Source: Camelus ferus
Taxonomy: Eukaryota
Assembly (NCBI RefSeq): GCF_009834535.1
Contig: NC_045696.1
Span: forward strand, 88,910,001 to 88,974,000
Direction: 5' to 3'
DNA length: 64,000 nt
The translations under genes and the position numbers were made by a program. Every line of letters begins with the position of its first letter. The stretch's first letter is position 1. The notes beneath the pieces were generated by a model, which saw nothing but the letters and a program-made list of their open reading frames with translations, made no database searches and was not told where the DNA came from. Positions 13,291 to 26,968 of this stretch are shown piece by piece.

Positions 13291-16090
13291 GCTGTACACT
13301 ATACTATACCCTTAGATATCTATTCCACTATACCATACATTACACTGCAAAGTATATGCTAAGGTATACACTACACTAAGTGGTAGTATATGGAAGGGTG
13401 GGTGGAAATATACATATTGTCTACCCACCCCGCCCACCTCTTTGTTATTTTGGTCGTTATAATAAGGACAATATTTTGTGATAAGGGCAATCCAGAGTGT
13501 GCTTAATTTATTCCTAAAAGGAGCTGGCACATTAAGGGTGCCAAGATCAGCGATTTGCCATTGTACCCTTTAGCTCACTCTGCATGCCACAAGAGTGCCT
13601 CCAAGAGGACTGACAGAGATTCAGTGAGGAGAGAGAGATGTGCAGCTCTCAAAAGATATTTCTGTGGCAAATTTTAATTACTTTTAAAGAGGTTCCATTT
13701 TAAGGACTATCAGGACAGATAAATGATGGGTAATTTTTTCCCTCTTGTCATGTGGCAAGTAGAAATATAAGAAAAAATTAAGGACAAAAAGTATAAATAA
13801 GAATTTCCTATCTCTAGAAATTAAATAGCTCTTTTAGGCCACTTGGGTATCAATAAATATTTTTCTACTGCTCTAAATGGTTAATGATGTCCTTGAATTA
13901 ACCAAATAATAGTTTTACTAGTCATTAATTGACTTGAACTGTCTACAAGTTGAATGTTCCTCTGATGCTTACCATTTATAAGCAGAACTAAAAACCTGGG
14001 AAGTCTAATTTGGGATCAGCATGGTAGCTTATGTTCTGCTATGTGGAACATCAAGGTTTGATTAGGCAAATCCTAGGGATGTAGCCAAAAGGCAAAAGAA
14101 TAAGACATTCTAATATTTCATAGGCTCTAAATAAGATGCTCTAACACTAACCAGGCTCTGATTCTCATTAGTTATAAGGATAGCATGTTTTCATAGGGCC
14201 TAATGAGTGTTGGGATAAGCATGGAGGTGATAGGACAAGGTTTCCAGAGTTCAGCTGAGTGGGGAAGGGGTGAGATAATCATGAAAAGATTTGTTAAAGA
14301 TTTTTTGAAGTCCATCATAAGGTAATCAGTGGTAACTAAGCCTATATGACACACCAGGAACTAGAGACCTTTGACTTCATAGGCATCTGGAAAATCTGTT
14401 GAAACTATTTGAGATGTTCTCCAAAGAGGCTTCAGGGTTTTCTGTAACATAATGGCAGAACTATAAATAGAAAGCTGATAATTCCTACGAGGTGTTGTGT
14501 ATTTCAAGACTAGTATCTGGGCCTTGAATGTGTTTAATCTTGTACTATTATTTAATTCATCTTCTGGAATTATATGTGTGTACAATATACCATATGTTAC
14601 ATATAATTCATGTTTAGTAATAGGAAAAAACAACTAACAAATACATAGTCTTCTGTCTTAGAGCATCAGTTCTGTCTTCATTAAAGTTATTAAAATCACT
14701 CATATCCATCAGAATTAATTTTCACCAGTCTGACTAGCACTACTCTTCTCAAATTTCAAAAAGGATCCATAACCCAGGTGTAAGATATTCCTGAAGGTGG
14801 GAATCTATCATTTTCACAAATTAAAAAAGAGCTCTATTTAATGCATCTGTCCTTTGTTATATCCATACTTAACTGCTTCGACCTTAAATATTACAATGAC
14901 TTTTTCTTTTAAATGATATTATATACACACAAGCGTTTGACATGAAGAACTTTCTAATAATATCCTCTGAAGATTGAGTGGGCTATGATTCAAGAAATAC
15001 TGAATTCCCCATTAATGAATGTATTACACTTGATGAAATGAAAATGTTGAAATTAGAATTGAAGCACAAAAATGGGGGTTGAACTAGATCTCATATGTGC
15101 TCTTTACCAACTCTGAGACATCATGAATATGAAACAATTCTTACAGGTCTTGAATAGGGCAGAGGATGGTCACAGGGAAAAGGGGAAGGACGCAAAGGAG
15201 AGACACCATGAAGATACCCTATTTATTCAATACAATTTGACATTGACTGGACATGGAATGCAAAAGAAAAAGATGAAAAATCAATAACACTTAATGTTTT
15301 CAATTCAATAAATTGAATAGCACCATTGACAGAAATGAGAAAGGATTACAAATTAGCAGGTTTTTCTTTTTTCATTGTTTTGATTGTAAAGGAATCCCCT
15401 TGAACTAAGGGTGACTAAAACTAAAGTTAATTCTGCGTTTCTGTTTTGTTTGTTAGTATCAGAGATGTTTCAGGAGATCAGTCAAGATGTGGCAGGAGAC
15501 CCCACTCCTGACTGGACCTGCGAGGGCATGGCCCTGAGGAGGAGGCTATAGAGGAAAACCAGAATGCCTGGCAAATGGGCTAGAATTCAGGAGCAGAGGA
15601 AGAACACTTAGGGGAGACATATTCTGTCTCTGGGGATTTACTCAAGAACTGGGATGGGCCCAAGCCATCAAGGTGCTGGGAAGGCAGTGGCAGAAGGTAT
15701 GCGGTTTAAACTCACCACAGGGAACTCAGCGTACACTTCACAGGCTCAATGGAGCTAGCCTCTAGAAGAATGTCATCAAGAAAAATGGTATCTGAGAAAA
15801 TTCAAGAGAAAAACTAAAGGCAGAAAGGGGACACAGGAAAATATTACATAAATCTATTCAGAAAGTAAAATGGAATTGGATGTTACTGATCATTAAATTC
15901 TATCCTTGAAACATTAATTATTTTGGTACATTTTTTGAGTAAGAGCCGTATAACCATTATTTTACATTTGCAGTACCTTTGAAAAATTTGCATGACATAT
16001 CATGTATTACTGGGATGACTAATTATTCTTATTTTAACTCTATCCTTACCTTAGGCTGAAACTACCTTATACAAGATGTTAAGCCAGATC

Positions 16091-16276
16091 TAGTAGTTCT
16101 CAAAGTATGTTCCAGGAACCAGTACCATCAGCATCAAGTGAGTGCTTGTTAGAAATTCAAATCTTCAGATGCTTTCTCAGACCTAGTGAATCACAAACTG
16201 GTGGATGGAGTCCACCACTTGGGGTTTTAAGTCTTGCAGGTGGTTCTAAAGCACTCTGAGTTTTGAGAACCACAGC
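16091..16276 (+). mobile_element. MER5A
   Basis: tagtagttctcaaagt...cttgttagaaattcaaat...ttgagaaccacag. Confidence 0.85.
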
Positions 16277-16314
16277 AGTAGGCATTTCAGACTTAGACCT
16301 CTTTAGAGCCTATT

Positions 16315-17206
16315 TAGTTAAAAATACTCTTCGGTTTTCTCTCTACTCACAACCCTGCTCTCTCTTCTGATTGCCAAGTGTGTGGTAGTTTTTTCCCACA
16401 CCAAACAATTCTGCGACACCAGCTGGGTGTCCTATATTTTAACTCATTTCTGACACTACCTGAAGATAGATCCAACAGGTTAAGAGACTCAGTCCCACAA
16501 GACTGAGCCCCATTCCCTGACTTCAGACACCAATCAAATTCAAATTGTCACCTGTGCTTCTGACCCACAAGCTATAAATCAGAGGTTCATATAACCCCGT
16601 CTTGGTGTTTGATTAATTTGCTGGAGCAGCTCACAGAACTCGGGAAAACAGTTTACTTACTGGATTACCGGTTTATTATAAAAGAATATAACTCAGGAAC
16701 AGCCAAGTGGAAGAGGTGCACGGGGCAAGGTATGGGAAAAGGGCACAAAGCTTCCATCGCCCTGTCTAGGCTCGCCCCCCTTTCAGCACCTCCATATATT
16801 TAGCAACCTGGAAGCTCGGGGAACCAGCCATTTAGGGGTTTTTATGGAGGCTTCAGTAGCCACTGATTGACCCTCCAGTCCCTCTCCCCTCCCCAGAGGC
16901 TGGAGGCAGGTAGGACTGAAAGTTCCAATCCTCTAATCACAGAGTTGGTTCCCCTGGCAACCATACCCCCTAAAGACTTAGGGACTTTCTAAAAGTCATC
17001 ACATTAACATAAAATTAGAGGTGGTTGAAAAGGGTTTGTTATGAATAACAAGGGACACCCATTTCATTCTGGAGCTATTTCAGAAGCTCAGAAGGAAAGT
17101 TGTCCCTATAACCCTTATCACTTAGGAAACTACGATGGTTTAGGAGTTATGTGCCAGGAACTGCGAAGGAATACCAAATATATATTTCTTAAATCATAGT
17201 ATCATA
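16315..17206 (-). mobile_element. MER21-like ERV solo LTR
   Basis: gacaccagctgggtgtcc...ctcagtcccacaagactg...gcagctcacagaactc...ccaaatatatatttc. Confidence 0.8.
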
Positions 17207-17249
17207 GAGGTCCAGCAGAGATTTGTGTTATAAACCAGGGACACAACAT

Positions 17250-17599
17250 TGGTTTTTTGTCTGTTCAGATTGCTGTAACAAAATAGACTAGATGACTTAT
17301 AAACAACAGAAATTTATTTCTCACAGTTCTGCAGGCTGGGAAGTCCAAGATCAGGGTGATGGCTAATTCAGCATCTAGTGATAACCTGCTTTTTTGTAGA
17401 CAACAGTCTTCTCACTGTAATATCATTTGGCGGAAGGGATGAGGGATCTCCCTGGGGCCTCTTTTATAGGGACACAAATTCCATTCGTGAGGGTTTGACC
17501 TTCGTGACCTAATCACTTCCCACCTCCAAACACCACCATATTGGGGATGAGGTTTCAACATATGAATTTTGTATGGACATAAACATTTAGTCCATAACA
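17250..17599 (-). mobile_element. MLT1A-type LTR
   Basis: aacaacagaaatttatttctcacagttctgcaggctgggaagtccaagatcagg...acatttagtccataaca. Confidence 0.85.
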
Positions 17600-17609
17600 A
17601 TGGTCAGCT

Positions 17610-18000
17610 AGAAAGGGTTTGTAGTTGGTTGGGCCTGGAATCGAACTGGGGCTCCATTGCTTGAATAGGATCTTGAGCAAGTTGCTTAGCCTTTCTGATC
17701 CTCAGGTGTACCATACAGAAAATGGAAATGATCTACTTTGAAAGGTTACTGTGAACACTGAAGTTTATGTTGCTACATGGTAATCAGGAGTGCTGGCTCT
17801 TGTGTCAAACCCAGTTCAAATGCCAGCTCTTCTACTTTGTGATCTTGGACAAATTACTAAACCTCTCTATGCTTCAGATTTCTCATTTGCAAAGTGAGTA
17901 ATAATATATTTACTTCATAGGGTTGTGAGGATTCTGTGAGTTACTATATATCAATTGCTTAGAAGACTACCTGCCTCATAATTGCTCAATAATTATCTGT
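17610..18000 (+). mobile_element. Two MIR relics
   Basis: tcttgagcaagttgcttagcctttctg and gtgatcttggacaaattactaaacctctctatgcttcag cores. Confidence 0.7.
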
Positions 18001-18184
18001 TTATAATAGTAGATATACAAATAACAGTGATAATAATAAAATATTTCACATAGATAAAACACCTAGATCTAGAATATGGTAGGTATTAAATATTTGGTAC
18101 TATTATTACTATTCTTATTATAGAATTCTCATAAAGCATAGGATTAAAGAGGTTCCAGTATATAGGCACTTCCTGATTCTTTCA

Positions 18185-18668
18185 TATATTATTGAAATCT
18201 AGTCAGTCTACAATGTTGTGTCAATTTCTGGTGTGCAGCATAGTGATTCAGTTGTACATTTATATAACATATTCCTTTTCATATTTTTTCATTATAGATT
18301 ACTACAAGATATTGAATAGTTTCCTGTGCTAAACAGAAGAAACTTATTGTTTATATTTTATATATAGTAGTTAGTATCTGAAAATCTCAAACACCCTATT
18401 TATCTCTTTCCACCTCCTTCCCCCCTGGTAACCATAAGTTTGTTTTCTATGTCTGTGAGTCTGTTTCTGTTTTGTAAGTAAGTTCGTCTTTTATTTTAGA
18501 TTTTACGTATAAATGATATCATATGGTATTTTTCTTTCTTTTTCTGGCTTACTTCACTTAGAATGATGATCTCCAGGTCCATCCATGTTGCTGCAAATGG
18601 CATTATTTTATTCTTTTTTATGGCTGAGTAGTATTCCGTTGTATAAATATACCACAATTTCTTTATCT
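18185..18668 (-). mobile_element. L1 3' fragment
   Basis: Shares the L1 tail sequence of other copies in the window. Confidence 0.88.
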
Positions 18669-20064
18669 TATCTCATCCTCCTGGGATGGGGGAGATGGAG
18701 CTGAGTAAAGGAGATATAGAACCTCCTTGTACACTTTGGGGGGAGGGGCAACTCCTGTGAATCTGAAATTATTAAAAAAAAAAAAAAAGATAGGAGCAGG
18801 GAGCTTGCCTGAAGTGAGAAGTATTGGGGCAAGAAGTTGGGTCTGGTTCCTTGTTTCCCAGCCCCTAGAATCCTAATCCTCCTCTTTACAAGTTTGGGCT
18901 ACTGGAAGCCCTGGGAACCTGACTAGTGAGAGAACTAGGCCAGGTTCCCATTACATCAGATAAGGTATGAATTTGCAGAATGTCTGATGCATGGAATTCT
19001 ACATGTAAGGAACACTGTACTTTGTAACTTCCTCACCTAATGCTCTTTCTGGTGCATAATGAGAAAGACAAGAAATGTGTTCCTCCTGACCAAAGTTGTG
19101 TAAATCCAAATATTTTCCCCATAGAAATATTGCCACATATTGTGACTAGGTTCTATGACATTCATATAAGTACTGATTAAATAAGCCTTTGTGGGCTAAC
19201 TAGAACACCTATCCACTAGTCATGACCATGTTCTTAGGCATGTATTTCAAAGAACAAATCATCAAGCAAACTTTCGAAACACCACCCATTTGTAAATCAC
19301 TATACTTACAAATTAGTGTCATTAACACAAAATTCTTAAATTGAAGAGAGATAGTGACTTTTCTAGGTTCACTGATTTCAACTTTCCAAATAGTGCCTGC
19401 TTAACACTAATACCTCAAAGGTCCAACTCCCCCTAACCCACCAAGTTCCTAAAATTGTTACACCGAGGAAATGTTTTTTCTTTAAATGACACTTACTAAC
19501 ATCTAGATCTGGGGAACTCTCAGTTTGAGAAATATTGCTGTAATCCCTTTGACTATTTGGCTTAAGTGGCTCTTTCTGTGGTATTTACTTTTTAAAAATT
19601 AAAAATGAAGAGTATATATCCTTCCATTTTTCCAAAATTTAGGCCCAAATAAAAAAAACAAGTGAAAAAAGCTTTAAAAAAATCTCTGGATATTTGCCTG
19701 GTAAGAATACAAATAGATATCAACCAATAATCAATGACTTATACATATGAATTATAAATATTTCTCCAATTAATTAGTCAAAACTAAGCTTTAAAAAAAC
19801 TAAGTTGAAGAAAAACTGGTAACTCATCTCTCTCAATCAAATTAAGGTCAACAGCTAGCATTTTAGTCTCTTACCATTCAGGGACTTCAGTCAAAATAAA
19901 GAAGTAGTTTTTTTCCAGGCTCCTCAAAAGTCTGAAAAGTCCTGGCAATAAGGATAAATGAATAAAGTCCCCCAGTACCTGATCAATTGTTTCCCTAGGT
20001 ATAAAAGTATATTGCCAAAAGAAGTAAAAGTGTATTACCAAAGGTCCAATGGTTTTCTCTTAAA

Positions 20065-20131
20065 AGGAAGGAAGGAAGGAAGGAAGGAAAGAGAGAAAGA
20101 GAGAAAGAAAGAGAGAAAGAAAGAAAAGAAA
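20065..20131. repeat. (GAAG)n/(GAAA)n polypurine repeat
   Basis: Read directly. Confidence 0.9.
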
Positions 20132-21091
20132 TAGTCCAACTATAAAAACACCAATTTTAGTTAAGATTTAGCAACATATAAAATTGCTTCGTTTCAGCAA
20201 ATACTACCTAGAGTTTTTCTCAAGAAATCGTACATAATTCCCCAAACAGTAACAGAAACTATAAGATCCATAATCTAGATTAAAGAGGGATTCCACAATT
20301 TTCAACTTAATATATGTCATGAGAATACTCCAAACTGCTTAAGTGAAATATTATCAATTATAATTATTTTTGAACTTACATTTGATCAATTAAAACTCTG
20401 TATAAAGCTTCACAAGTCCTCTCACAAATCTCTAGTGCAGAACAGAGAAATTTCTGTAAGAGGAGAATTTCATGACATGTAGAAAGTATCTTCATAATAT
20501 TTTAGATTTTTCTTATACCAAAGTAGCAACAAATCTGGTATTAAGTTACCCGACATTGAATATTCTTTCTGAAAACAGGTCTCATATATAGGTTTTATAG
20601 TATTTGGTTATAGCTATTTTATACACACACAAAAAAATTGTTAAATAGCCTATGTTGAAATGGTATTAATGGCTGCTAATGTCATTAATTTACCATTTCC
20701 TTAGTTCAGCAAATTAAATTTCTGAAGTGTCTTAACTACAGTTAGAGCTACCGTATCTTGCTAATTAGATTGCCAACCTGCATTTAGATCTATTATCAAA
20801 TCCAGAAAGAATTTTTACCCCTCCTATAAATTGTGTATCTTCTATCTGGGAAGCACTAGAAGTGCAGACACTGAACATGTACAGTGGGTGGCAACAGGTC
20901 GTGATAATTTCAAATGAAAAATTTAGGCCAGCAAACAGGCTACCTAAGTATTATAATTAAGGATAATTGTTTGTCTTATCAAAGTGTGTCTTTACTTTTA
21001 AACAGGTAAAGGGGTTTGCCCTGAAACCTATGTCTCATCTATTCCCTAAACTTTAACCCTGAAATGAGCATGATATCACATTAAGAATTCT

Positions 21092-21494
21092 CAGAGCAAC
21101 ATGAATAGACCTGAAGACTGTGATTCTAGGTGAAGTAAGCCAGAAAGAGAAAAATACCATATGATATCACTTATATGTGAAATCTAAAAAAAAGATAAAT
21201 GAACTTATTTACAGAACAGAAACAGACTCACAGACATAGAAAACAAACTTATGATTACTGGGGGGGAAAGAGGGTGCAAAGAGATAAATTGGGAGTTTGA
21301 GATTTGCAGATACTAACTACTATTATATAAAATAGATAAACAAGTTTATACTGTATAGCAAAGGAAACTACATTCAATATCTTATAGTAACCCATAATGA
21401 AAAGGAGTATGTGTATATACATGTACAACTGAATCACTATAATGTACACCAGAAATTGACACAACATTGTAAACTAACTATACCTCAGTTAAAA
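21092..21494 (+). mobile_element. L1 3' fragment
   Basis: Ends ctatacctcagttaaaa; candidate TSD aagaattct at 21083-21091 and 21495-21503. Confidence 0.88.
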
Positions 21495-23487
21495 AAGAAT
21501 TCTTGGACCCCTGTGTCAATTAGAAGCGGTTACAACTTGAGCAGCATTTTTAATCAAGACATGTTAGCTTGTTTTTTTAACTTATGGAAGATATACTTAC
21601 TGAAGCTTAGATTCAGGTCCTGCCTTTTACAAATAGTCACTGAAGGCACACAACTGGCCAAGTACTACTGGGGGTTGGGTATATATAGAACAAAACAAAT
21701 ATGGTCCTTGACTTCAGACGGCTTATTGTCTAGAGAGGGGGAGAGATCTTAGACAGTAAACAAATTTTTAAAAGTGAAATTACACGTTGTGGTTATTTTC
21801 TGTTTGTATTGCATCTTTCTCAGTGGGTAACTGTGATCACATTCTTCTTTTAGGAGTATGATACTCTGCAGAGAACCCCAAGTTGTTTAATCATCAGAGA
21901 AAACCAGTTGTGGCTGGGAGACATTGAAGACATAATGGTAAACAATTTTGTAACCTTTATTATGAAAGCTATCAAGGAATTTATTCGAAGAAGTACAAAA
22001 TATTCCTCTACAGACAGTATGTTGACAAGGTAACTTCTAATGACGGTGGAAATTCACCAGTAATTTGTTCTCTTGAGTCCTGCTCATGACAAAAATCCAT
22101 GCTGGTGGAAAACACACACATATTCCAGCTTTTGAACTGAATTTTCTCATTCCAAACTCATTTTGAAAACATCAGTGCTACAGTGTGTAATGTGACTTCA
22201 GTTAAACGATTTTGGGGGGAATAGAGATTTATAATGAATGTCACTTTAAATTTAAAATCGTCACTGAGTTTATATTCAAGTTAACCTTCAGTGTGAATTA
22301 TTTCCAGGCACAGCTTCTGTTTGCCTAGGCAGCTGAAAGTATACAAAGTATTGAGGACTTTAAAGTTATTATTCTCATTTTAAACGTTGTATCTTTGCAC
22401 GTTGTTCTATTCAAAAAATATAGACCAGTAAGGAAGTGAGAGGGAAAGGGAGGAGGTGTAAAAGTTCCCAAAGGAGTTCGACTCACGGTCTTCTCCCTCT
22501 ACCTTGACAAATTTAAACACACACCCAACCCTTCTACATGTCCCTCTACCCCCTGCCCCGCTTTTCTTCTGATATCCCAATTTATTTATGCCGCTGACTT
22601 CTTCAAGTTTTCCTGCACATTTGTGGAGCTATTAGTTGGTATTTATTTTTAAATACATTTTAAAGCCACCTCCTTCTTCCTTTTTTGAGTACGTTCTCTT
22701 GTAGCTTGTGTTATTTCTCCCTCTGGTAATAACATTCCCGGTAGAGATGTATATCCTTGGAACTGATTTCCTTTCTCAACAGTTACAATATTACATTTTA
22801 AATGTCAGGTGCCATGGTCCTCTGCCTTCTAGAAGTTAGTACTTAGCGGCCAAGGAGCTCCTTTAACTTCCTAAGACTAAATACCTACGAGGTGGTATCA
22901 TCCCAGGATCATCAGCGCTTCCCAAGTTCCCACCTGTTGCCGGGGCTTGGTCAGAGGGGATGAATCAGATTCGTCTAGAGCGTCCTTTTCCTTTTCCACC
23001 CATTGTCCCTCCCGCTTTCCGCTTTGCCTACAGAACGCACGTCACCCCTGCCAGTCCGGGCCCGAGATCGAGCCCTCAGACTTCAGACTTCAAACCCCCT
23101 GCCAGGGTATGGAGCCCCGTGGAAAAGAAGGGCTTGTCTGGACCCGGGATGGAGCCAAGGCTCAGATCCCACTTCCTGTAAAGCCAGAAGAGAGAGCAAA
23201 GAATACCCTGGAAGAGAAGGTGCACCGAAGAAAAGAACGTACTTTAACCCGGCTCCGTCCCAAGACCCCAAACGTCTGGGGCAGTCCCTACACCCAGAGT
23301 AAACCAACCTGTTCCCAGGCCTCTCCATCCCCTTCCCGCCTCAAGCTTTCTAATTTTGTTTCGCTTCCTCCAGCTTGCTGCAGGAACACGTGGTCCCTCC
23401 CTGCCCAGCCCCTGCCGCGCCGCTCCCCTCTGGGCCCAGCCCCCGACCCCCTTTCTCCCGGCGCCGCTCGCTTCCCCTTTCCTTTCG

Positions 23488-23556
23488 CTCTTCCGCCCCC
23501 GCTCTCCGTCGTTCTTCCTGATTGGTCGTGCGCACCGGAGTCTGGTTGGCCAATCG
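23488..23556 (+). promoter_or_regulatory. TATA-less proximal promoter cluster: ETS (CTTCCG 23490), GC box (CCGCCC 23493), inverted CCAAT (ATTGG 23521), GTGCGCAC palindrome (NRF1-like), CCAAT (23550)
   Basis: Motifs read directly from the sequence; the arrangement is typical of housekeeping promoters; binding is inferred. Confidence 0.65.
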
Positions 23557-23900
23557 ACGAGCTGGGCTGGCGGCTATGGGCGTGGCCGTGGCACCGGGGC
23601 CCTCAGATCGAGGCTGCCTCCCCCTCTCAGCCGGCAGCACATTCCGCCGCCGTTGCCGCCGCCCGGCTCCGCAGTTGTCTTCGCCGGAGCTGCCTGTCGC
23701 GCTGGGGTTAGGGCCGGGGGGGGGGACGGGCGGGGAGAGGAGAAGGCCGCGGCGGAGGCAGGTGAGAGGAGGAAGGAAGCGGCGGCTCGGCGGGCACAGC
23801 AGCTCAGGCGGCGGCCCGGTTCCTGGGAGTGTCGGTGCGGCGTGGTGGTTGGGGCGGATCCCGCGGGGCCCGGGCGGGGGAAGGAGTCACCGGCCCGGCC

Positions 23901-23969
23901 ATGGCGGACAACGAGAAACTGGACAACCAACGGCTCAAGAATTTCAAGAACAAAGGCCGCGACTTGGAG
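23901..23969 (+). CDS. KPNA4: KPNA4 coding exon 1 (MADNEKLDNQRLKNFKNKGRDLE)
   Basis: Strong Kozak context GCCATGG; translation matches the importin alpha-3 N-terminus; donor GAG|GTAAAC at 23970. Confidence 0.98.
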
Positions 23970-25649
23970 GTAAACTCAGGGGCGCCGGAGGGGTGGGGGC
24001 CGTGGGCCTCTGGTCGATCTCCGCCGGGACTCGGAGTGTGGGGAGTAGGGGCGGGAGCCGGGCCGCGGGGGAATGGCGCTGGGGGCCGGCCCGTCCGTGA
24101 CGCCTGTGCTAACGCGCCGGGAAGTTTGTGTCGGGCCTGGTCCGCCTCCGCCGGGGAGCGAGGTGCCGGGGTACGGCCGGCGCGGCCTAGGCCTGCCCCG
24201 TGGAGCCGGCCCGGCGCGGGTGCGAGGGGCTGGGCCGCGCGGCTGGAAGGCCGGACGCGGCGAGTGCGGAGGAGGCGTGCGAGAGCCGCGCTGCCCCGGC
24301 CAGGCTGCGGCCCGCACCCGGGTAGCGGCAGAGATGCCGGCTTTCGCTCCTGCACCGACGTCTGGCGCCGCGGGAAGGAGGGCGGTAGGATGTGGGGGGA
24401 CGAGCGTGCGGCGACCGAGTGAGGTTCGGAACTTCCTCAGCGAGGCCCGAGTCGTCTCCACTTAAAGGCATTTTTCTGGTCTTCCCGACTCCCGCTTTAC
24501 CCCTGCCTCCCCCCGATATCCAAACTACAGGAGTCAACTTCTCCGTTGAAAAAAACACCCCCGGCGTGAGAGGCCATTCTGGTGATGCTAACAGTGCCTT
24601 CCAGCGGCCTGTGTTTTACTATGGATATAGCTGATTCAAGATGTGGCTCATGGTGTTCCCTCTTCCAGGCAAAGGATACCCCTTATTTCAGCTTGTTCAC
24701 AAATCTCTTTACCCCCTCCTGAGAGACCACCAGCTGCCTTCTTACATATAAAGTCCAAAGGGTTATACAAAGCTGTCATCCTCTAGTCTACAGTATCCTT
24801 TCCCTCCACCTGCTGGTGGTGGTTATGGGGGATGGGGTGGGCTGTGGAATGGCACCATCACGTTTTATTCTTTTAAAAGGTTAGAAAAAAAACTTTCATT
24901 ACCTTAGAATAACAGCTGCTCCTGAGGTTCTTAGGCTGCATAAGGTGTGTGGATTAAACACACCACACACACAAAGCACAGATTTTTGACAGAAGACTTC
25001 TTTCAGTTTTAAAAGTCTAGGTAAATAGGGTTTGGATGTGTTTTGTTTTGTTTGGTTTGGTTTTTTAATTTTTCCATTCTGCATCTGAATCAGTAGTTTA
25101 GCTTTTAAGAGAAAGTGGGCAAGTAGTATTTTTTATGTTTCTCTGTACTTTTTTATACTGCGGTCTTCAAATTCCCATTATCTGTTTCTGAACTTTGAGC
25201 GTTTGCTTGACTGCGATAGTAACTATTTTTGGGACTTTCCACAAAGCCGTTTAATCTCTGTGGTAGTTAGTGCTGTCTTAGTGGGTTTCCTAGTTTGAGG
25301 GACTATTAAGTGTCTGGTTAATTCTGTGATTGTTCTCAGGTTAACATGAGACATAATTTTTGTGATCCCTTTTTGTAATGAAAAAATATAACATCGTTAT
25401 TGAGATAATTCACATCCTGTAGAAATTTCCATTTAAATGTAGAATTTTTGATTTTCAGTAAGTTTATCTAGTTGTGTAATGATGTGATGAAAACATTTTT
25501 TGAGTGATATGACTGTTTAAAATGAGAAAAAAAATCACAAGTTACAAAACTTAAAAAACAAATACCACAAAGTTACAAAATGCAGAAAAATAGTAATTGA
25601 ATGCTTGACAGATTCTTCTAATTCCCCCCCCCCCCCATTTCTGGCTGCA

Positions 25650-26205
25650 TATTTTTAACAGCTTCATTGAGATGTAATTCACATACCATGCAGTTCACCC
25701 ATTTGAAGTGGCTTTTGGTGTTTTCACATAGTTGTGCAGCCATCAGCACAATCAATCTTAGAACATTTTCATCACCCCAAAAAGAAATGTAAACTCATTA
25801 GCAGTCACTGTCTTTTTAGATTTGCCTATTCTGGCTATTTCATATAAATAGAGTTACACAATATGTGGTGTTTGGTGGCTGGCTTCTTTTAGGTAGCATA
25901 ATGTTTTCAAAGTTCATACACATTGTTAACAAGAATGTATTAGTGCTTCATTTCTTTTTATAGCTGAATATTTTAATATATGGATATACCACATTTTGTT
26001 TATCCATTCATCAGTTGATGGGCATTTGCATTGTTTTCACTTTTTATCTATTATGCATAATGCTGCTTTGAACATTCATACACATTTTTTGTATGTGGAC
26101 CCGTGTTGTCCTTTCTCTTTGGTTATATACCTGGGAGTGAAATTACTGGGTCATATGGTAACTTTATGTGTAACTTTTTGTGGGATTGCTGAACTGTTTT
26201 CAAGT
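25650..26205 (-). mobile_element. L1MB-type 3' fragment
   Basis: cagcttcattgagatgtaattcacataccat...ccattcatcagttgatgggcatttg...gggtcatatggtaact. Confidence 0.8.
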
Positions 26206-26746
26206 AAAACTTATTTTTTAAATTGATGTTTCCTCTTACTGTGTATCTCTTATTATTTTAGTCAAAGTAAGATTAAGTGCTGATTCTATATGAAGACATG
26301 TGATTTTTAAAAATAACTATAAATACACATTAGGTAGATTTTTTTGAGATGTTCATTGTGCCTTATGGGCATCTTTGGTGACTTTGATAACCCTGTGTGT
26401 ACATTAGGAATACGAATATTTTCACTTTTCCACCTAAGGAAATGGAATTTGACTCTAATAGGAAGTCATACTTTCTCCCCACTTGTGATTTATTCAAAGT
26501 CACATATGCCTGTAATGAGTTACAAACATCTTTTATTATCCTTAGAAAACACTAGAATGGCCTCTTTTCGTGTATTTATTAATTATATATGCCTGTGTCC
26601 CTCAAAACACTTCTTATGCCCATTTCCTCCCCCTCCAGATATGGTTTCTGTGTTGTGCTTCAACAAATTGTAAGAAAACAGAGCTTTTTGGTTTAGGTCT
26701 TATGATGACTTGTTTCATTGGAGGGTTTTTAAAAAGAAGTATGGGC

Positions 26747-26968
26747 CAGTGTTGTCCAGTGAATTTAATCTGATATATCCAAAATACCATTACAACATGT
26801 AATGAGTGTAAAAAACTTAATGAGATATTTCATGGTCTTCTTTTCATGTTGAGTCTTCAAAATCAAGTCTGTGTTTTACAGTTAACAATGTACCTCTATT
26901 TGGACTAGCTACATTTCAGGTGCTTTGTAGCTGCATGTGGCTAGTGGCAACCTTACTGGACAGCACAG
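26747..26968 (-). mobile_element. MER33/MER3-like hAT element
   Basis: cagtgttgtcca...catgtggctagtggc...ctggacagcacag. Confidence 0.75.

Larger units (their letters stand above)
23330..24610. promoter_or_regulatory. KPNA4: CpG island covering the KPNA4 promoter, exon 1 and the start of intron 1
   Basis: Abrupt rise in GC and CpG against an AT-rich background; boundaries approximate. Confidence 0.93.

Noticed and set aside
23576..23578. Upstream out-of-frame ATG whose frame overlaps the KPNA4 start
   Set aside because: It is only ~25 nt downstream of the CCAAT box, so it is probably upstream of the main TSS. It cannot be called a uORF without CAGE data.
22947..24634. Many long overlapping ORFs (up to 254 aa) on both strands
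   Set aside because: Expected from stop-codon scarcity in a CpG island. They are low-complexity Pro/Arg/Gly/Ala with no recognisable domain; only 23901-23969 is supported as coding.
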